This document shows, in pieces, positions 1-9,763 of a stretch of 64,000 bases of DNA. Each line of letters starts with the position of its first letter. Position 1 is the stretch's first letter. The notes below the pieces were generated by a model that was given only the letters and a program-made list of their open reading frames with translations, was not told where the DNA came from and ran no database searches. The stretch comes from Thermoactinomyces sp. (GTDB lineage Bacteria > Bacillota > Bacilli > Thermoactinomycetales > Thermoactinomycetaceae), in the NCBI GenBank assembly GCA_049587175.1, contig JBAVDL010000074.1, forward strand, positions 34,118 through 98,117, read 5' to 3'. The translations under genes were made by a program, and so were the position numbers.

Positions 1-552
1 AAGCGGAAAAGCAAAAAACATGGCATACCAGGTAATAACTGCAATCAATGAACCGAGGATCGGACTGAGCACTTTTCCGAAGGCGTTTGAAGCTTCAAGA
101 ATTCCAAGGGCTTTGCTTCGTTGTTCTCCCTGATATAAATCGCCAAGCAAAACCATGGCGATCGGAGAGGTGCCCGCTGCGCCGACTCCCTGAATAATCC
201 TTGAAATCAGCACAAAAGTATAGGATCCTCCCTGATAAACTGAAGAAAATCCGGCCAAAAGTCCACCCAGACCATACAGAAGCAAACTGTAAAAAACGAT
301 TTTTTTACGGCCGATCCGATCAGCCAGAATTCCGGCGATGGGAATTGCCACTGCGGCCGGAATGGAAAACAGCGTGATCAAAAGACTGATCTGAAAAGAG
401 TTTACGTCAAGGGCTTTCTCAGCAGTGGGCAATACCGGAATTAACATGGAGTTTCCCAAAACCATGATAAATGGAATCGAACTGAGTGTTATTAATGCCG
501 CTACTTGCAGTTGTTGGTCTTTTTTCCCTTTTGCAGCTTGACTTGGAGGCAT
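1..552 (-). CDS. MFS-type transporter, partial (C-terminus lies beyond the window edge)
   Basis: Not in the ORF track because it runs off the window edge. My minus-strand translation from the ATG at 552-550 gives MPPSQAAKGKKDQQLQVAALITLSSIPFIMVLGNSMLIPVLP...IAGILADRIGRKKIVFYS. It has hydrophobic helices and an MFS motif-A-like G-x-L-A-D-R-x-G-R-K. SD aaggtgggg lies upstream. Confidence 0.7.
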   Translation of the reverse strand, partial: MPPSQAAKGKKDQQLQVAALITLSSIPFIMVLGNSMLIPVLPTAEKALDVNSFQISLLITLFSIPAAVAIPIAGILADRIGRKKIVFYSLLLYGLGGLLAGFSSVYQGGSYTFVLISRIIQGVGAAGTSPIAMVLLGDLYQGEQRSKALGILEASNAFGKVLSPILGSLIAVITWYAMFFAFPL

Positions 553-693
553 TCAATTCACCCCACCTTTTTTTATGGATTATAGGATACCCAAAATTGC
601 CCCATTTCTTGTTTCCATTTATTGAGGTGTTTTTTGGTCATTTAAACAGGCACACTATAAAAAAGTAAAGAAATGGCTGTGAGGTGAAATGAC

Positions 694-1110
694 ATGTATG
701 AAAGATTAAAACGGGATTTATCCTATATTCAGGGGATGCTGGAAGGAGATGTCAATCATCAGGAGCACATTGAATATAAAGCGGTTCAGCGCCTGCTCGA
801 TGTGACGGATCAACTGGTGGAGGTTTCCGAACAGATGGACCGCCGCCTCTCGGAATTGGAGGAATATGTTGAAGCAGTAGATGAAGATTTGAATGATCTG
901 GAATTATTGGTTTATGATGATGAAGAGGATTTGGAAGATGACGAAATGATTACCGTCACCTGTCCCGATTGTGGAGATGAGGTTTTGATTGATGCTGAGG
1001 ATCTTGAGGACGATTCTATTGAACTTTTGTGCCCGAAATGCAATACGGTTCTGGAATTGGAAGATATCAATGACGATGACGTGGATGAAATTATTATGGA
1101 AGAAGCATAG
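694..1110 (+). CDS. Highly acidic zinc-ribbon protein of unknown function
   Basis: 138-aa ORF, very D/E-rich, with two CxxC pairs (CPDCG ... CPKCN). It has its own terminator directly downstream. Confidence 0.6.
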   Translation: MYERLKRDLSYIQGMLEGDVNHQEHIEYKAVQRLLDVTDQLVEVSEQMDRRLSELEEYVEAVDEDLNDLELLVYDDEEDLEDDEMITVTCPDCGDEVLIDAEDLEDDSIELLCPKCNTVLELEDINDDDVDEIIMEEA

Positions 1111-1126
1111 CAGCATTTCCAAAAAA

Positions 1127-1157
1127 GGAGCGAACGGAGAGCGGTCGCTCCTTTTTA
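1127..1157 (+). terminator. Intrinsic terminator after the zinc-ribbon gene
   Basis: GGAGCGA 1127-1133 pairs with TCGCTCC 1145-1151, followed by TTTTT. Confidence 0.7.
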
Positions 1158-1245
1158 TTACGTAAAACGGATGTATTTCAAGTAAAAGATGTTGAAATAA
1201 TTGTTCCTTTTTGCCTTTCGAGATCAGTTTTGTGCGAACTGCTTG

Positions 1246-1274
1246 TCATATTAAGAACAAGTCCACATATGAAT
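1246..1274 (+). promoter_or_regulatory. Candidate sigma-E type promoter for spoIIIA
   Basis: TCATATT (1246-1252), 13 nt spacer, then CATATGAAT (1266-1274). This resembles the mother-cell sigma-E consensus (ATA...CATACA-T) and sits about 35 nt upstream of spoIIIAA. Partial match only. Confidence 0.35.
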
Positions 1275-1308
1275 GGGAATAAAAAAGGTTCAGGACAGGA
1301 GGTGTTCC

Positions 1309-2283
1309 ATGTCAATCAAGCCGATTTTCCAGATACTTCCGCTTTCCATTCGTGATGTGATTCAATCATTGCCGGCTTCCGTTCTGGAACGCCTGGAAGA
1401 AGTTCGTGTCCGGCAGGGCAGACCGCTGGAAATCATTACATCCGAGCAGTCATGGTTTGTCAGCCGGTTTGCCCATCTTTCAAAAAAACCGTATGAAGCG
1501 ATGATTCCGAGCAAAGAGGATTGCCTCAATCTGTTAAATCTGGTCAGCAATCATTCATTGTATACGATGGATGAAGAATTGCGGCAAGGCTATGTTACTG
1601 TCGAAGGCGGGCACCGAGTCGGTCTGGTTGGAAAAGTGGTGGTAGAGGGCGGAAAGGTAAAGCATCTTCGGGAGATTACAGGTTTTAATGTGCGAATTGC
1701 CCGGCAGGTTGTCGGAGTTGCCGATCCATTGATTCCATACCTGTTTGGGCAGTCCAGAGTGGAAAATGTATTGATTGTTTCTCCCCCCCAATGCGGAAAA
1801 ACCACTTTAATCCGGGATCTGGCACGTCATGTCAGTATGGGGAGCCAAAGCATTCCTGCTCACAAGGTTGGAATTGTCGATGAGAGATCCGAAATTGCCG
1901 GCTGTGTGGCAGGCGTTCCCCAACATGATGTGGGGCCCCGAACCGATATATTGGACGGTTGTCCCAAGGCTGAAGGAATGATGATGCTGATCCGTTCCAT
2001 GTCCCCGGATGTTCTGGTTGTTGATGAGATAGGGCGAAAGGCCGACAGTGAAGCGATTCATGAAGCCATTTACGCGGGAGTTCATCTGTTTGCTACCGTA
2101 CACGGCCAGTCCATCAAGGAAATTACACGACGGCCGGTACTGCGGGAACTGCTTCAGGAAAAGGTGTTTACCAGGCTGGTATTGCTCAGCCGAAGAAAGG
2201 GACCTGGAACGGTCGAGGGAATTTACAACCAGTTTATTGAGCGCCTGGACAACAGGATTGGAAAGATGGGAAGTATATGTTGA
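1309..2283 (+). CDS. spoIIIAA: Stage III sporulation protein AA (ATPase)
   Basis: ATG at 1309 follows SD aggagg; the track ORF starts earlier at 1273. Walker A motif SPPQCGKTT. First gene of an eight-gene spoIIIA-ordered cluster. Confidence 0.9.
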   Translation: MSIKPIFQILPLSIRDVIQSLPASVLERLEEVRVRQGRPLEIITSEQSWFVSRFAHLSKKPYEAMIPSKEDCLNLLNLVSNHSLYTMDEELRQGYVTVEGGHRVGLVGKVVVEGGKVKHLREITGFNVRIARQVVGVADPLIPYLFGQSRVENVLIVSPPQCGKTTLIRDLARHVSMGSQSIPAHKVGIVDERSEIAGCVAGVPQHDVGPRTDILDGCPKAEGMMMLIRSMSPDVLVVDEIGRKADSEAIHEAIYAGVHLFATVHGQSIKEITRRPVLRELLQEKVFTRLVLLSRRKGPGTVEGIYNQFIERLDNRIGKMGSIC

Positions 2284-2795
2284 AGCTGTTGGGAGCCGTT
2301 CTTGTCATCTTGACAACCTCATGGATCGGTTTTCAACTGGCTGCGGAACTTCGTTTGCGTACGCGGCAAATTCAGGAATTGCGTTCCAGTTTGGCGCTGT
2401 TAAAAACAGAGATCGATTATGGTACAAGGCCGCTTGCAGAAGCATGGGAACGGATTGCAGAGGTTGCAGACAGTGACCTGAGGCGGTTGTTTCGCCGTTT
2501 TGGGAGGAATTTGAGAACGATGAATGGCCAGTCAACTTATGAATGTTTACGGTTGGCTATTGACAGCGAGTGGCAAAAAACAGCCATGGGAAAGGATGAA
2601 AAAGGAATCCTCCTCAAATTATGCCAGGTATTGGGAAGCTCCAACCGTTCCGATCAACTGCACCATTTGGAAATAGTCGCTGAAAATTTGCTGATGGAGG
2701 AACAGAAAGCCAGGGAAGAACAGGAAAAATATGAAAAAATGGTTAAAACGCTTGGGATTTTGTCAGGGGCGCTGCTGGTGATTCTGATGTATTAA
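2277..2795 (+). CDS. spoIIIAB: Stage III sporulation protein AB
   Basis: 172 aa with N- and C-terminal TM segments. Overlaps the spoIIIAA stop. Position in the operon fits. Confidence 0.85.
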   Translation: MLKLLGAVLVILTTSWIGFQLAAELRLRTRQIQELRSSLALLKTEIDYGTRPLAEAWERIAEVADSDLRRLFRRFGRNLRTMNGQSTYECLRLAIDSEWQKTAMGKDEKGILLKLCQVLGSSNRSDQLHHLEIVAENLLMEEQKAREEQEKYEKMVKTLGILSGALLVILMY

Positions 2796-2819
2796 AACTT
2801 TTCATGGAGGGGTGGCTTT

Positions 2820-3026
2820 ATGCCATACCATTTGGATTCTGTTTTTCAGATTGCCGGGATCGGGATTATTGTAGCCATGATTCACACAGTGTTAAAGCAA
2901 ATGGGTAAAGAGGATTTTGCGCACTGGGTCACCTTGTTCGGTTTTGTTGTTGTTCTGTTTATGGTTGCCATGTTGCTGCAGGATCTGTTTCAGACGATTA
3001 AAAATGTATTCCTGTTCCGAACCTGA
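2820..3026 (+). CDS. spoIIIAC: Stage III sporulation protein AC
   Basis: 68-aa two-TM protein. ...VFQIAGIGIIVAMIHTVLKQMGKEDFAHWVTL... closely resembles B. subtilis SpoIIIAC as I recall it. Confidence 0.9.
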   Translation: MPYHLDSVFQIAGIGIIVAMIHTVLKQMGKEDFAHWVTLFGFVVVLFMVAMLLQDLFQTIKNVFLFRT

Positions 3027-3041
3027 CAGGGGGCGATCCGC

Positions 3042-3431
3042 TTGGAAATCATCCAGGTGGTGGGCCTTGGCCTGATCACTACATTTCTGATCCTTGCGGT
3101 AAAAGAACAAAATCCGGTATTTGCTTTTTCGTTGGCAATGTTTGTCGGGGTAGTCATTTTCATCTCTCTGGCCGGCAAAGTGGGGGAAGTGGTTGGGATT
3201 TTGCAAAATCTGGCACGGCTGGCGCGAGTCAATGAACTGTTTCTGGAAACCATCCTCAAAATTATCGGTATTGCTTATATTGCCGAATTTGGCGCTCAGG
3301 TTACCCGGGATGCCGGACAGGAAAGTATTGCAGCAAAGATTGAACTGGCGGGAAAAGTATTGATTATGGTAATGGCAATTCCAATTATTACAGTGATTAT
3401 CGAAACAATTGTGCAAATTCTGCCTGCGTAA
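3042..3431 (+). CDS. spoIIIAD: Stage III sporulation protein AD
   Basis: 129 aa. ETILKIIGIAYIAEFGAQ...IELAGKVLIMVMAIPI matches the conserved SpoIIIAD core. Confidence 0.9.
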   Translation: MEIIQVVGLGLITTFLILAVKEQNPVFAFSLAMFVGVVIFISLAGKVGEVVGILQNLARLARVNELFLETILKIIGIAYIAEFGAQVTRDAGQESIAAKIELAGKVLIMVMAIPIITVIIETIVQILPA

Positions 3432-3437
3432 GGATGT

Positions 3438-4628
3438 ATGGAAATGAGAAGAAAGTTTTTCCTTTGTATGATGTTTTTTTGCTTGTTTTGGATTCCTTTG
3501 GCAGCTGCGGAAGAAAGCGGGGAAAAGCCACCGGCAATCAATGAAGTGGTTCGTTCCCAGCTGGATCATTTGCAGACGCAGGAAGTGGAGAATTTTTGGC
3601 AACAGTTGTCCCAGGATTATGGACCATATTTGGGTGGGCAGAATTCACAGAATCTCTTCGACTGGATTCTCTCCGGAAAAGCGGAACTGAGCTTTAAACA
3701 TGTGTTGATGGGTTTGTTGAGATATTTTTTTCACGAAATTCTTTATAACGGGAAACTGTTGGGAAGTATCATCATCCTTACTGTTTTCAGCATGATCCTG
3801 CAAACACTGCAAACTGCTTTTGAACACAACCAGGTAAGCAAGGTAGCCTATGCTATTGTGTTTATGGTGCTCATTGTCCTGGCTATCAACAGTTTCCATG
3901 TAGCCGTCGATTCAGCCAGGTTGGCAATCGGACGCATGATTGGATTTATGATAGCTTTGATTCCTCTTATGCTGACTTTGATGGTTACAATGGGAAACGT
4001 TGTTTCTGTCACGCTTTTTCATCCCATGATCGTATTCATGATTCATGTTATTGGAACATTTATCTATACGGTTATTTTTCCGCTTCTTTTCTTTGCGGCC
4101 ATTTTAAGCATTGTAAGCAGCCTGACGGACAAATATAAAGTAAATCATCTGGCCGGATTGATGCAAAAAGTCGGGGTAACTTTACTGGGTGGACTGCTGG
4201 CCATTTTTTTGGGAGTAATCTCCATTCAGGGAGCAACCAGTGCGGTTGCAGACGGGGTAACGTTAAGAACAGCAAAGTATATTACGGGAAATTTTGTCCC
4301 GATCATTGGCAGAACCATTTCGGATGCGGCGGATACAGTGATGAATGCCTCTTTGCTGGTCAAAAACACGATTGGACTGGCTGGAGTTATCATACTTCTC
4401 CTGATATGTGCTTTTCCGGCATTGAAGATTTTATCTCTTGCCTTTATTTACAATTTTACGGCTGCCATCATGCAACCTTTGGGAAACAGCCCCATTATTG
4501 AAAGCCTGAATGCAATCGGGAAGACACTGATTTTTATATTTGCCGCACTGGCCGCTGTGGGACTGATGTTTTTTTTGGCTGTGACCATTCTGGTAACTGC
4601 CGGAAATATATCGGCAATGATCAGGTAG
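3438..4628 (+). CDS. spoIIIAE: Stage III sporulation protein AE
   Basis: 396 aa with a signal peptide followed by a polytopic membrane domain. Position in the operon fits. Confidence 0.85.
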   Translation: MEMRRKFFLCMMFFCLFWIPLAAAEESGEKPPAINEVVRSQLDHLQTQEVENFWQQLSQDYGPYLGGQNSQNLFDWILSGKAELSFKHVLMGLLRYFFHEILYNGKLLGSIIILTVFSMILQTLQTAFEHNQVSKVAYAIVFMVLIVLAINSFHVAVDSARLAIGRMIGFMIALIPLMLTLMVTMGNVVSVTLFHPMIVFMIHVIGTFIYTVIFPLLFFAAILSIVSSLTDKYKVNHLAGLMQKVGVTLLGGLLAIFLGVISIQGATSAVADGVTLRTAKYITGNFVPIIGRTISDAADTVMNASLLVKNTIGLAGVIILLLICAFPALKILSLAFIYNFTAAIMQPLGNSPIIESLNAIGKTLIFIFAALAAVGLMFFLAVTILVTAGNISAMIR

Positions 4629-5309
4629 GTGTTTGACATGGTCTCCTGGATGAGCGATTGGTTAAAACAGATTGTGCTGCTTGTACTGATTGCTACTTTT
4701 ATTGATTTGATTTTGCCAAACAGCCGGCTGGACCGATATGTGAAGCTGGTTATGGGACTTCTGATCATTATGGCCGTCCTGGGGCCGATCTTCCAATTGC
4801 TCTCAGATGACCTTGACTTGCGATCACTAGCTTTTCTCCCTTCCGTTCCGGCCTTTTCACAAATGGATTCGATGGAAGAAATTGAACAGAACAGCAAAAC
4901 ATTAAAGCAGGAACAACAGCAAATTGTACGGCAACAGGCAGAACTCAGGCTTGGCGAGGCAATAAAAACCGAATTGGAAAAACATTTTCCCGTTGAGGTT
5001 AAGAAAGCCGAGGTGAAATTGCAAATAAGCAGCAATGCCAGTGAAAATGAAGTAGAAAAAATACATGTTTCCCTGTTGCCTCAAAAATCGGAATCATCCC
5101 TTGGAATGAAACCGGTGGAGCCTGTTAACATTGATTGGAATTCGGAAAGTGCTCCGAATAAGGAAACAAAACCGGACCTAAAGTCGCTTGAACAGGATGT
5201 GATGCAATATATTGAAAAAAACTGGAATATACAGGTGGAGAAAGTTGATGTTGAGATCCATGCAGAGACTGAAACCTCTTTTATGGATCACCGGATTTAC
5301 CTGACGTAA
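4629..5309 (+). CDS. spoIIIAF: Stage III sporulation protein AF
   Basis: N-terminus WLKQIVLLVLIATFIDLILPN is typical of SpoIIIAF. Start is GTG 4629 or ATG 4638. Confidence 0.8.
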   Translation: MFDMVSWMSDWLKQIVLLVLIATFIDLILPNSRLDRYVKLVMGLLIIMAVLGPIFQLLSDDLDLRSLAFLPSVPAFSQMDSMEEIEQNSKTLKQEQQQIVRQQAELRLGEAIKTELEKHFPVEVKKAEVKLQISSNASENEVEKIHVSLLPQKSESSLGMKPVEPVNIDWNSESAPNKETKPDLKSLEQDVMQYIEKNWNIQVEKVDVEIHAETETSFMDHRIYLT

Positions 5310-5329
5310 ATGATGGGGGTGAACAAGGA

Positions 5330-5953
5330 ATGTTAAAAAAATTATGGCAAAAGTGGGAGCAGAAATGGGAAGGAGATGAGAAACAGAAAAAGCGGTTTGG
5401 ATGGATTCTGATTATGGGAGCGTCCGGCCTGGCGATTATGATTTTTTCCCAGTTTATACAGGTAAGAGAAGCTTCGTTGCCGCCAGGAAAGAATGAGTCT
5501 CCCGCTGCAGAAACAGAGGCAAAGCCGTTATCTTCTTCAAAGGAAGAGGATACCATGGTGCAATATGAACAGATGTACGAAGAAGAACTGGAAAAGGTGT
5601 TGAGCAAGATTGTCGGGGTTGATGATGTTTCCGTCATTGTCAATCTGGATTCCACAGTGGAAGAGGTTGTGCAAGTAGACAAGCGGGAGTCACGCCAGGT
5701 TACAACCGAGACAGACAAAAATGGCGGAAAGCGTTCAATCACCCAGGATACGGAAGATCAGAAAACTGCATACTATCGCAGTGAGAATGGAGAAAAACCA
5801 GTTGTGATCAAAAAATTGAAACCGGAAGTTCGGGGTGTGCTCGTAGTTGCTCGCGGGGTGGAAAATCTGAAGGTAAAAGCGGTTGTAATTGAGGCCGTTC
5901 AAAGAACGCTGGATGTACCGATGCACCGGATTTCCGTACTGCCAAAAGGATAA
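5330..5953 (+). CDS. spoIIIAG: Stage III sporulation protein AG
   Basis: 207 aa with one TM segment followed by a ring-forming-type soluble domain. Position in the operon fits. Confidence 0.8.
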   Translation: MLKKLWQKWEQKWEGDEKQKKRFGWILIMGASGLAIMIFSQFIQVREASLPPGKNESPAAETEAKPLSSSKEEDTMVQYEQMYEEELEKVLSKIVGVDDVSVIVNLDSTVEEVVQVDKRESRQVTTETDKNGGKRSITQDTEDQKTAYYRSENGEKPVVIKKLKPEVRGVLVVARGVENLKVKAVVIEAVQRTLDVPMHRISVLPKG

Positions 5954-5967
5954 AGGAGGAAACACGG

Positions 5968-6531
5968 ATGTCAGTCAACAAACAAACAGTCTGGTTGGTG
6001 ACCATGTTGTCAGTGATGGTGGTTTTATCTGCCTATTATATTGTGACAGGCCCGGTTGAACCGGCCAGACAGGTAGCTGAGACCGCCAAGGAAACTGCCT
6101 CAGACATCGATGTGAATATCAAGCCGATCGATGAACCTGTTTCATCGTCCGGGAAAACCGAAGAGATGCTCGATCAACAGGCAAACAGTGATTTTTTTGT
6201 TGGGTATCAGTTGCAGCGCAGTACCTTGCGGCAAAAAATGGTAGAAGAATATATGCAGGTATTGACTGATCCCAATTCTTCGGAAAAGGAACTGGAAGAA
6301 GCGAATCAAAAAATCCAGCAACTGATGAAAATTGACAATCAAGAAACGGTATTGGAAGAACTGATCCGAAAACAGGGATACAGGGATGCGGTTGTTGTGA
6401 CAAATAATCCGCATGTAGATGTCGTCGTGCAAAGTGAAAAATTGAGCAGGAAACAGGTGGTTCAATTGATCAGCCTTGTCCGTCAGCATTTGCAGGTTGA
6501 TCCGCAAAATGTTTCAGTAGCCTTTCGTTAG
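5968..6531 (+). CDS. spoIIIAH: Stage III sporulation protein AH
   Basis: 187 aa with an N-terminal TM segment and a C-terminal YscJ/FliF-like region. Last gene of the cluster, with a terminator downstream. Confidence 0.75.
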   Translation: MSVNKQTVWLVTMLSVMVVLSAYYIVTGPVEPARQVAETAKETASDIDVNIKPIDEPVSSSGKTEEMLDQQANSDFFVGYQLQRSTLRQKMVEEYMQVLTDPNSSEKELEEANQKIQQLMKIDNQETVLEELIRKQGYRDAVVVTNNPHVDVVVQSEKLSRKQVVQLISLVRQHLQVDPQNVSVAFR

Positions 6532-6564
6532 ATTGTAAAATAAAGAATAATTCAGATTTTATGC

Positions 6565-6594
6565 CCGGTTTCTGTATTGAAACTGGTTTTTTTT
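6565..6594 (+). terminator. Intrinsic terminator after spoIIIAH
   Basis: CCGGTTTC 6565-6572 pairs with GAAACTGG 6579-6586 (one G-U pair), followed by T8. Confidence 0.7.
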
Positions 6595-6728
6595 AACCAT
6601 CGATTTTATTGGGAAAAATAAATGGAACCAGTTAATTGCGGAGTAAAAAGCTAGTCAAAATACTGAAAATAAGTTATGCTATTAGCAATGTAATTATGAA
6701 AAGGTAGATTCTAAGGGGGAAACTGGAT

Positions 6729-7268
6729 ATGAAATTTAAACCTTATGAGATTCGCGAGTTGATTCGCTTGATCGATGAATCGAATATTGAAGAGTTTGAA
6801 ATCGAGTATGAAGGCAACAAACTGGCTATCAAAAAATCAGGAAGAAAAGCCAATACAGCTCCCGTTTTGCAGACAGCAGCACAACCGGTAGCTGAACCTG
6901 TACCGGTACAGGCTGCTGCTCCGGCACCCAAAGCACCGGTTCAGGAAAAGGTTGCTGCAGCGGAAACCGCTGAAAAACAGGAGCCTGCTCCAAAGGCTGC
7001 AGATGAACAGGCAGAGGACGATTCAACCTTACATAAAATTGTTTCACCCATGGTGGGAACATTCTATCGCGCACCTGCACCTGATGCTGATCCATACGTA
7101 AAAGAAGGGGACACTGTTCAAAATAATACGATTGTATGTATTGTTGAAGCCATGAAACTGATGAATGAAATAGAAGCAGAAGTTAATGGCACCATTGTCA
7201 AGGTTCTGGTAGAAAACGGACAGTTGGTTGAGTATGGCCAACCTTTATTTTTGGTTAAGACAACATAA
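6729..7268 (+). CDS. accB: Acetyl-CoA carboxylase biotin carboxyl carrier protein
   Basis: Biotinylation motif [11 protein letters not shown] and a Pro/Ala-rich linker. Located upstream of accC. Confidence 0.9.
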   Translation: MKFKPYEIRELIRLIDESNIEEFEIEYEGNKLAIKKSGRKANTAPVLQTAAQPVAEPVPVQAAAPAPKAPVQEKVAAAETAEKQEPAPKAADEQAEDDSTLHKIVSPMVGTFYRAPAPDADPYVKEGDTVQNNTIVCIVEAMKLMNEIEAEVNGTIVKVLVENGQLVEYGQPLFLVKTT

Positions 7269-7291
7269 TTGACCGCGGAAGGAGGATATTG

Positions 7292-8659
7292 ATGTTTAAA
7301 AAAATCTTGATTGCAAACCGCGGTGAAATTGCTGTAAGAATTATTCGTGCCTGTCGTGAGCTTGGGATTCCGACTGTAGCTGTTTATTCGGAAGCAGATC
7401 GAGACGCCTTGCATGTTACCCTGGCGGATGAAGCCTATTGTATCGGTCCCGCCCCAAGCAAAGACAGTTATTTGAACATGACAAATCTTTTAAGTACGGC
7501 AACGCTGGTTGGAGCCGATGCCATTCACCCGGGATACGGGTTTTTATCTGAGAATAGCGATTTTGCCGAATTATGTGCGGCTTGCAATATCACGTTTATT
7601 GGCCCTTCACCGGAAGCAATCCGAAAAATGGGAGACAAGACCACCGCGCGTGAAACAATGAAAGCGGCCGGAGTTCCTGTCGTTCCCGGTTCAGAAGGGG
7701 TTATTGAAGATTTGGATCTGGCCGTGGCAAGAGCCAGGGAAATCGGTTTTCCCGTCATTGTAAAAGCAACAGCAGGCGGCGGCGGAAAAGGAATGCGTAT
7801 TGTCCATCACGAAGATGAATTAAAACGTGCCATCAGTCTTGCCCAGAAAGAAGCAGAAGCCAATTTCGGCAATCCGGGCGTTTACCTGGAGAAATTTTTG
7901 ACGGAGCCCCGTCATGTGGAAATACAGGTGTTGGCTGACAAACACGGCAATGTCATTCATCTGGGGGAACGGGACTGTTCCATCCAGCGCCGTTATCAAA
8001 AGCTGGTTGAAGAGGCACCCTCTCCGGCATTAACCCCGGAATTGCGTGAGCGTATGGGGGAAGCAGCAGTAAAAGCAGCCAGATCGGTAAAATATTCTGG
8101 AGCAGGTACCGTCGAGTTTCTGTTGAATCATGATGGCAACTTTTATTTCATGGAAATGAATACCCGGATTCAGGTTGAGCATCCTGTTACTGAGTTGATT
8201 ACCGGCGTTGATCTGATAAAAGAACAAATCAGGATTGCAGAAGGCGAAGAACTTGCCCTGACCCAGGAAGATATAAAAATCAACGGCTGGTCAATAGAGT
8301 GCCGGATTAATGCGGAAAGACCGGACAAAAATTTCATGCCGTCACCAGGTAAAATCAACTTTTATTTGCAGCCTGGAGGCAATGGTGTACGAATCGACAG
8401 TGCCTGTTATCAGGGCTACACAATTTCTCCATTTTATGATTCAATGGTTGCGAAGCTGATTGTTTGGGGAAAAGATCGTAATGAAGCGATCAAGCGTATG
8501 AACCGTGCCTTGAGGGAATTTGTAATTGATGGAGTTCATACGACAATCCCCTTCCACTTGAAACTGTTAAATCACCCTCAGTTTATCAGTGGAGATTTCA
8601 ATATTCGCTTCCTGGAACAAAATAATCTGAATGAGGAGAGTTCAAACAAAAATGAGTGA
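7292..8659 (+). CDS. accC: Acetyl-CoA carboxylase biotin carboxylase subunit
   Basis: [20 protein letters not shown]..., ATP-grasp motifs, about 455 aa. The ATG follows SD aggagg. Confidence 0.95.
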   Translation: MFKKILIANRGEIAVRIIRACRELGIPTVAVYSEADRDALHVTLADEAYCIGPAPSKDSYLNMTNLLSTATLVGADAIHPGYGFLSENSDFAELCAACNITFIGPSPEAIRKMGDKTTARETMKAAGVPVVPGSEGVIEDLDLAVARAREIGFPVIVKATAGGGGKGMRIVHHEDELKRAISLAQKEAEANFGNPGVYLEKFLTEPRHVEIQVLADKHGNVIHLGERDCSIQRRYQKLVEEAPSPALTPELRERMGEAAVKAARSVKYSGAGTVEFLLNHDGNFYFMEMNTRIQVEHPVTELITGVDLIKEQIRIAEGEELALTQEDIKINGWSIECRINAERPDKNFMPSPGKINFYLQPGGNGVRIDSACYQGYTISPFYDSMVAKLIVWGKDRNEAIKRMNRALREFVIDGVHTTIPFHLKLLNHPQFISGDFNIRFLEQNNLNEESSNKNE

Positions 8660-9050
8660 AGCCTACGAACATGAAAACAACTCCATTGGCAAAATTGAAA
8701 TTGCGCCGGAAGTCATTCAAATCATTTCCGGAATTGCGGCTGCCTCTGTTGAGGGAGTCATCGGTCTCAGCGGCGGGGCTGCAGCCAATATCAACCAGCT
8801 GTTGGGACGCAAAAATTTAAGGAAGGGAATTCAAGTAGACCTGGGAGACCAACTCTCTGTTCAACTGGCGATCGTCGTTCAATATGGTTACAACATTCCG
8901 GATATTGGCCGCAAGGTACAGGAAGAAGTAAAAACAGCGATTGAGAATATGACGGGTCTTCTTGTGGATAGTGTATCTGTACGGATCGATGGAATCAAAA
9001 TGCCTGCTGACTCCAAGGAAACCGAAACGGGCAGTCAACGTGTCCAATAA
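8652..9050 (+). CDS. Asp23/Gls24-family alkaline shock-like protein (YqhY-like by position)
   Basis: [19 protein letters not shown]...VEGV is the Asp23-family N-terminus. The ATG at 8652 overlaps the accC stop. It sits between accC and nusB, as in B. subtilis. Confidence 0.8.
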   Translation: MSEAYEHENNSIGKIEIAPEVIQIISGIAAASVEGVIGLSGGAAANINQLLGRKNLRKGIQVDLGDQLSVQLAIVVQYGYNIPDIGRKVQEEVKTAIENMTGLLVDSVSVRIDGIKMPADSKETETGSQRVQ

Positions 9051-9171
9051 GAAAGTTGAATAAAGATAGAAAAAGATATTTCAGGTTAAAATAAGAACAT
9101 GATATGATCAGTCATGGACAACAGAACCGGGCTCAAAAAAGCTCGGGTTTCTTTTTGGAGGAAGATTTTTA

Positions 9172-9588
9172 ATGAGCAGAAGAAGTGTAAGAGAAAAAGT
9201 TATTCAAACTTTGTATGAATGTGAATTCCATACCGATCGGAAGCAGGAGGTAGTTATATCGCGCAACTCCCAACTGGGCGAAAGGGAACGGCCATTTTTC
9301 CTGCATTTGATCAATGGTGTGATGGAACATGTAACGCAATTGGATGATGCGATTCGTTCTTACCTGAAAAAAGGATGGTCCCTGGAAAGATTGTCAACCG
9401 TAGACAAAATGATTTTGCGACTGGCTGCCTTTGAGTTGCTGTATGAGCCGGATACTCCGCATGGTGCGGTGATCAATGAAGCGGTGGAACTGGCAAAGTC
9501 ATTTGGGGGGGAAGATTCCGGCCGTTTTGTTAACGGTGTTTTGGGAAAATTGGCGGAAAATCGTCAAACACACAGCAAAGAAATATAG
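9172..9588 (+). CDS. nusB: Transcription antitermination factor NusB
   Basis: MSRRSVREKVIQTLY...ERLSTVDKMILRLAAFELLY...AVINEAVELAK are NusB hallmarks. Confidence 0.9.
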   Translation: MSRRSVREKVIQTLYECEFHTDRKQEVVISRNSQLGERERPFFLHLINGVMEHVTQLDDAIRSYLKKGWSLERLSTVDKMILRLAAFELLYEPDTPHGAVINEAVELAKSFGGEDSGRFVNGVLGKLAENRQTHSKEI

Positions 9589-9671
9589 CTTGTCAAGGTG
9601 TACCCTATGGCTTAAGGGGCAGGATTTTTCCGGTCTCCTTTTCCGGATTTCTGAAAAAGGCATGTTTTTCA

Positions 9672-9699
9672 TTGATAAGTGGTAGTCTTTACATAGAAT
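9672..9699 (+). promoter_or_regulatory. Candidate sigma-A promoter for folD
   Basis: TTGATA (9672-9677), 16 nt spacer, TAGAAT (9694-9699). Confidence 0.3.
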
Positions 9700-9763
9700 A
9701 AAGAACCATATAAACTGAACAATGACTAGTCAATTAACCTTTAATGTTAAGGAAGTGAGTTTA

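Noticed and set aside
2892-3602. 236-aa minus-strand ORF across spoIIIAC-AE
   Set aside because: It overlaps three strongly supported + strand spoIIIA genes. The product is His/Cys/Asn-rich and implausible.
9100-9165. Possible terminator between the Asp23-like gene and nusB
   Set aside because: The stem CCGGGCT/AGCTCGG needs a wobble pair and is short, and the genes are co-oriented with a likely shared transcript. Too weak to call.
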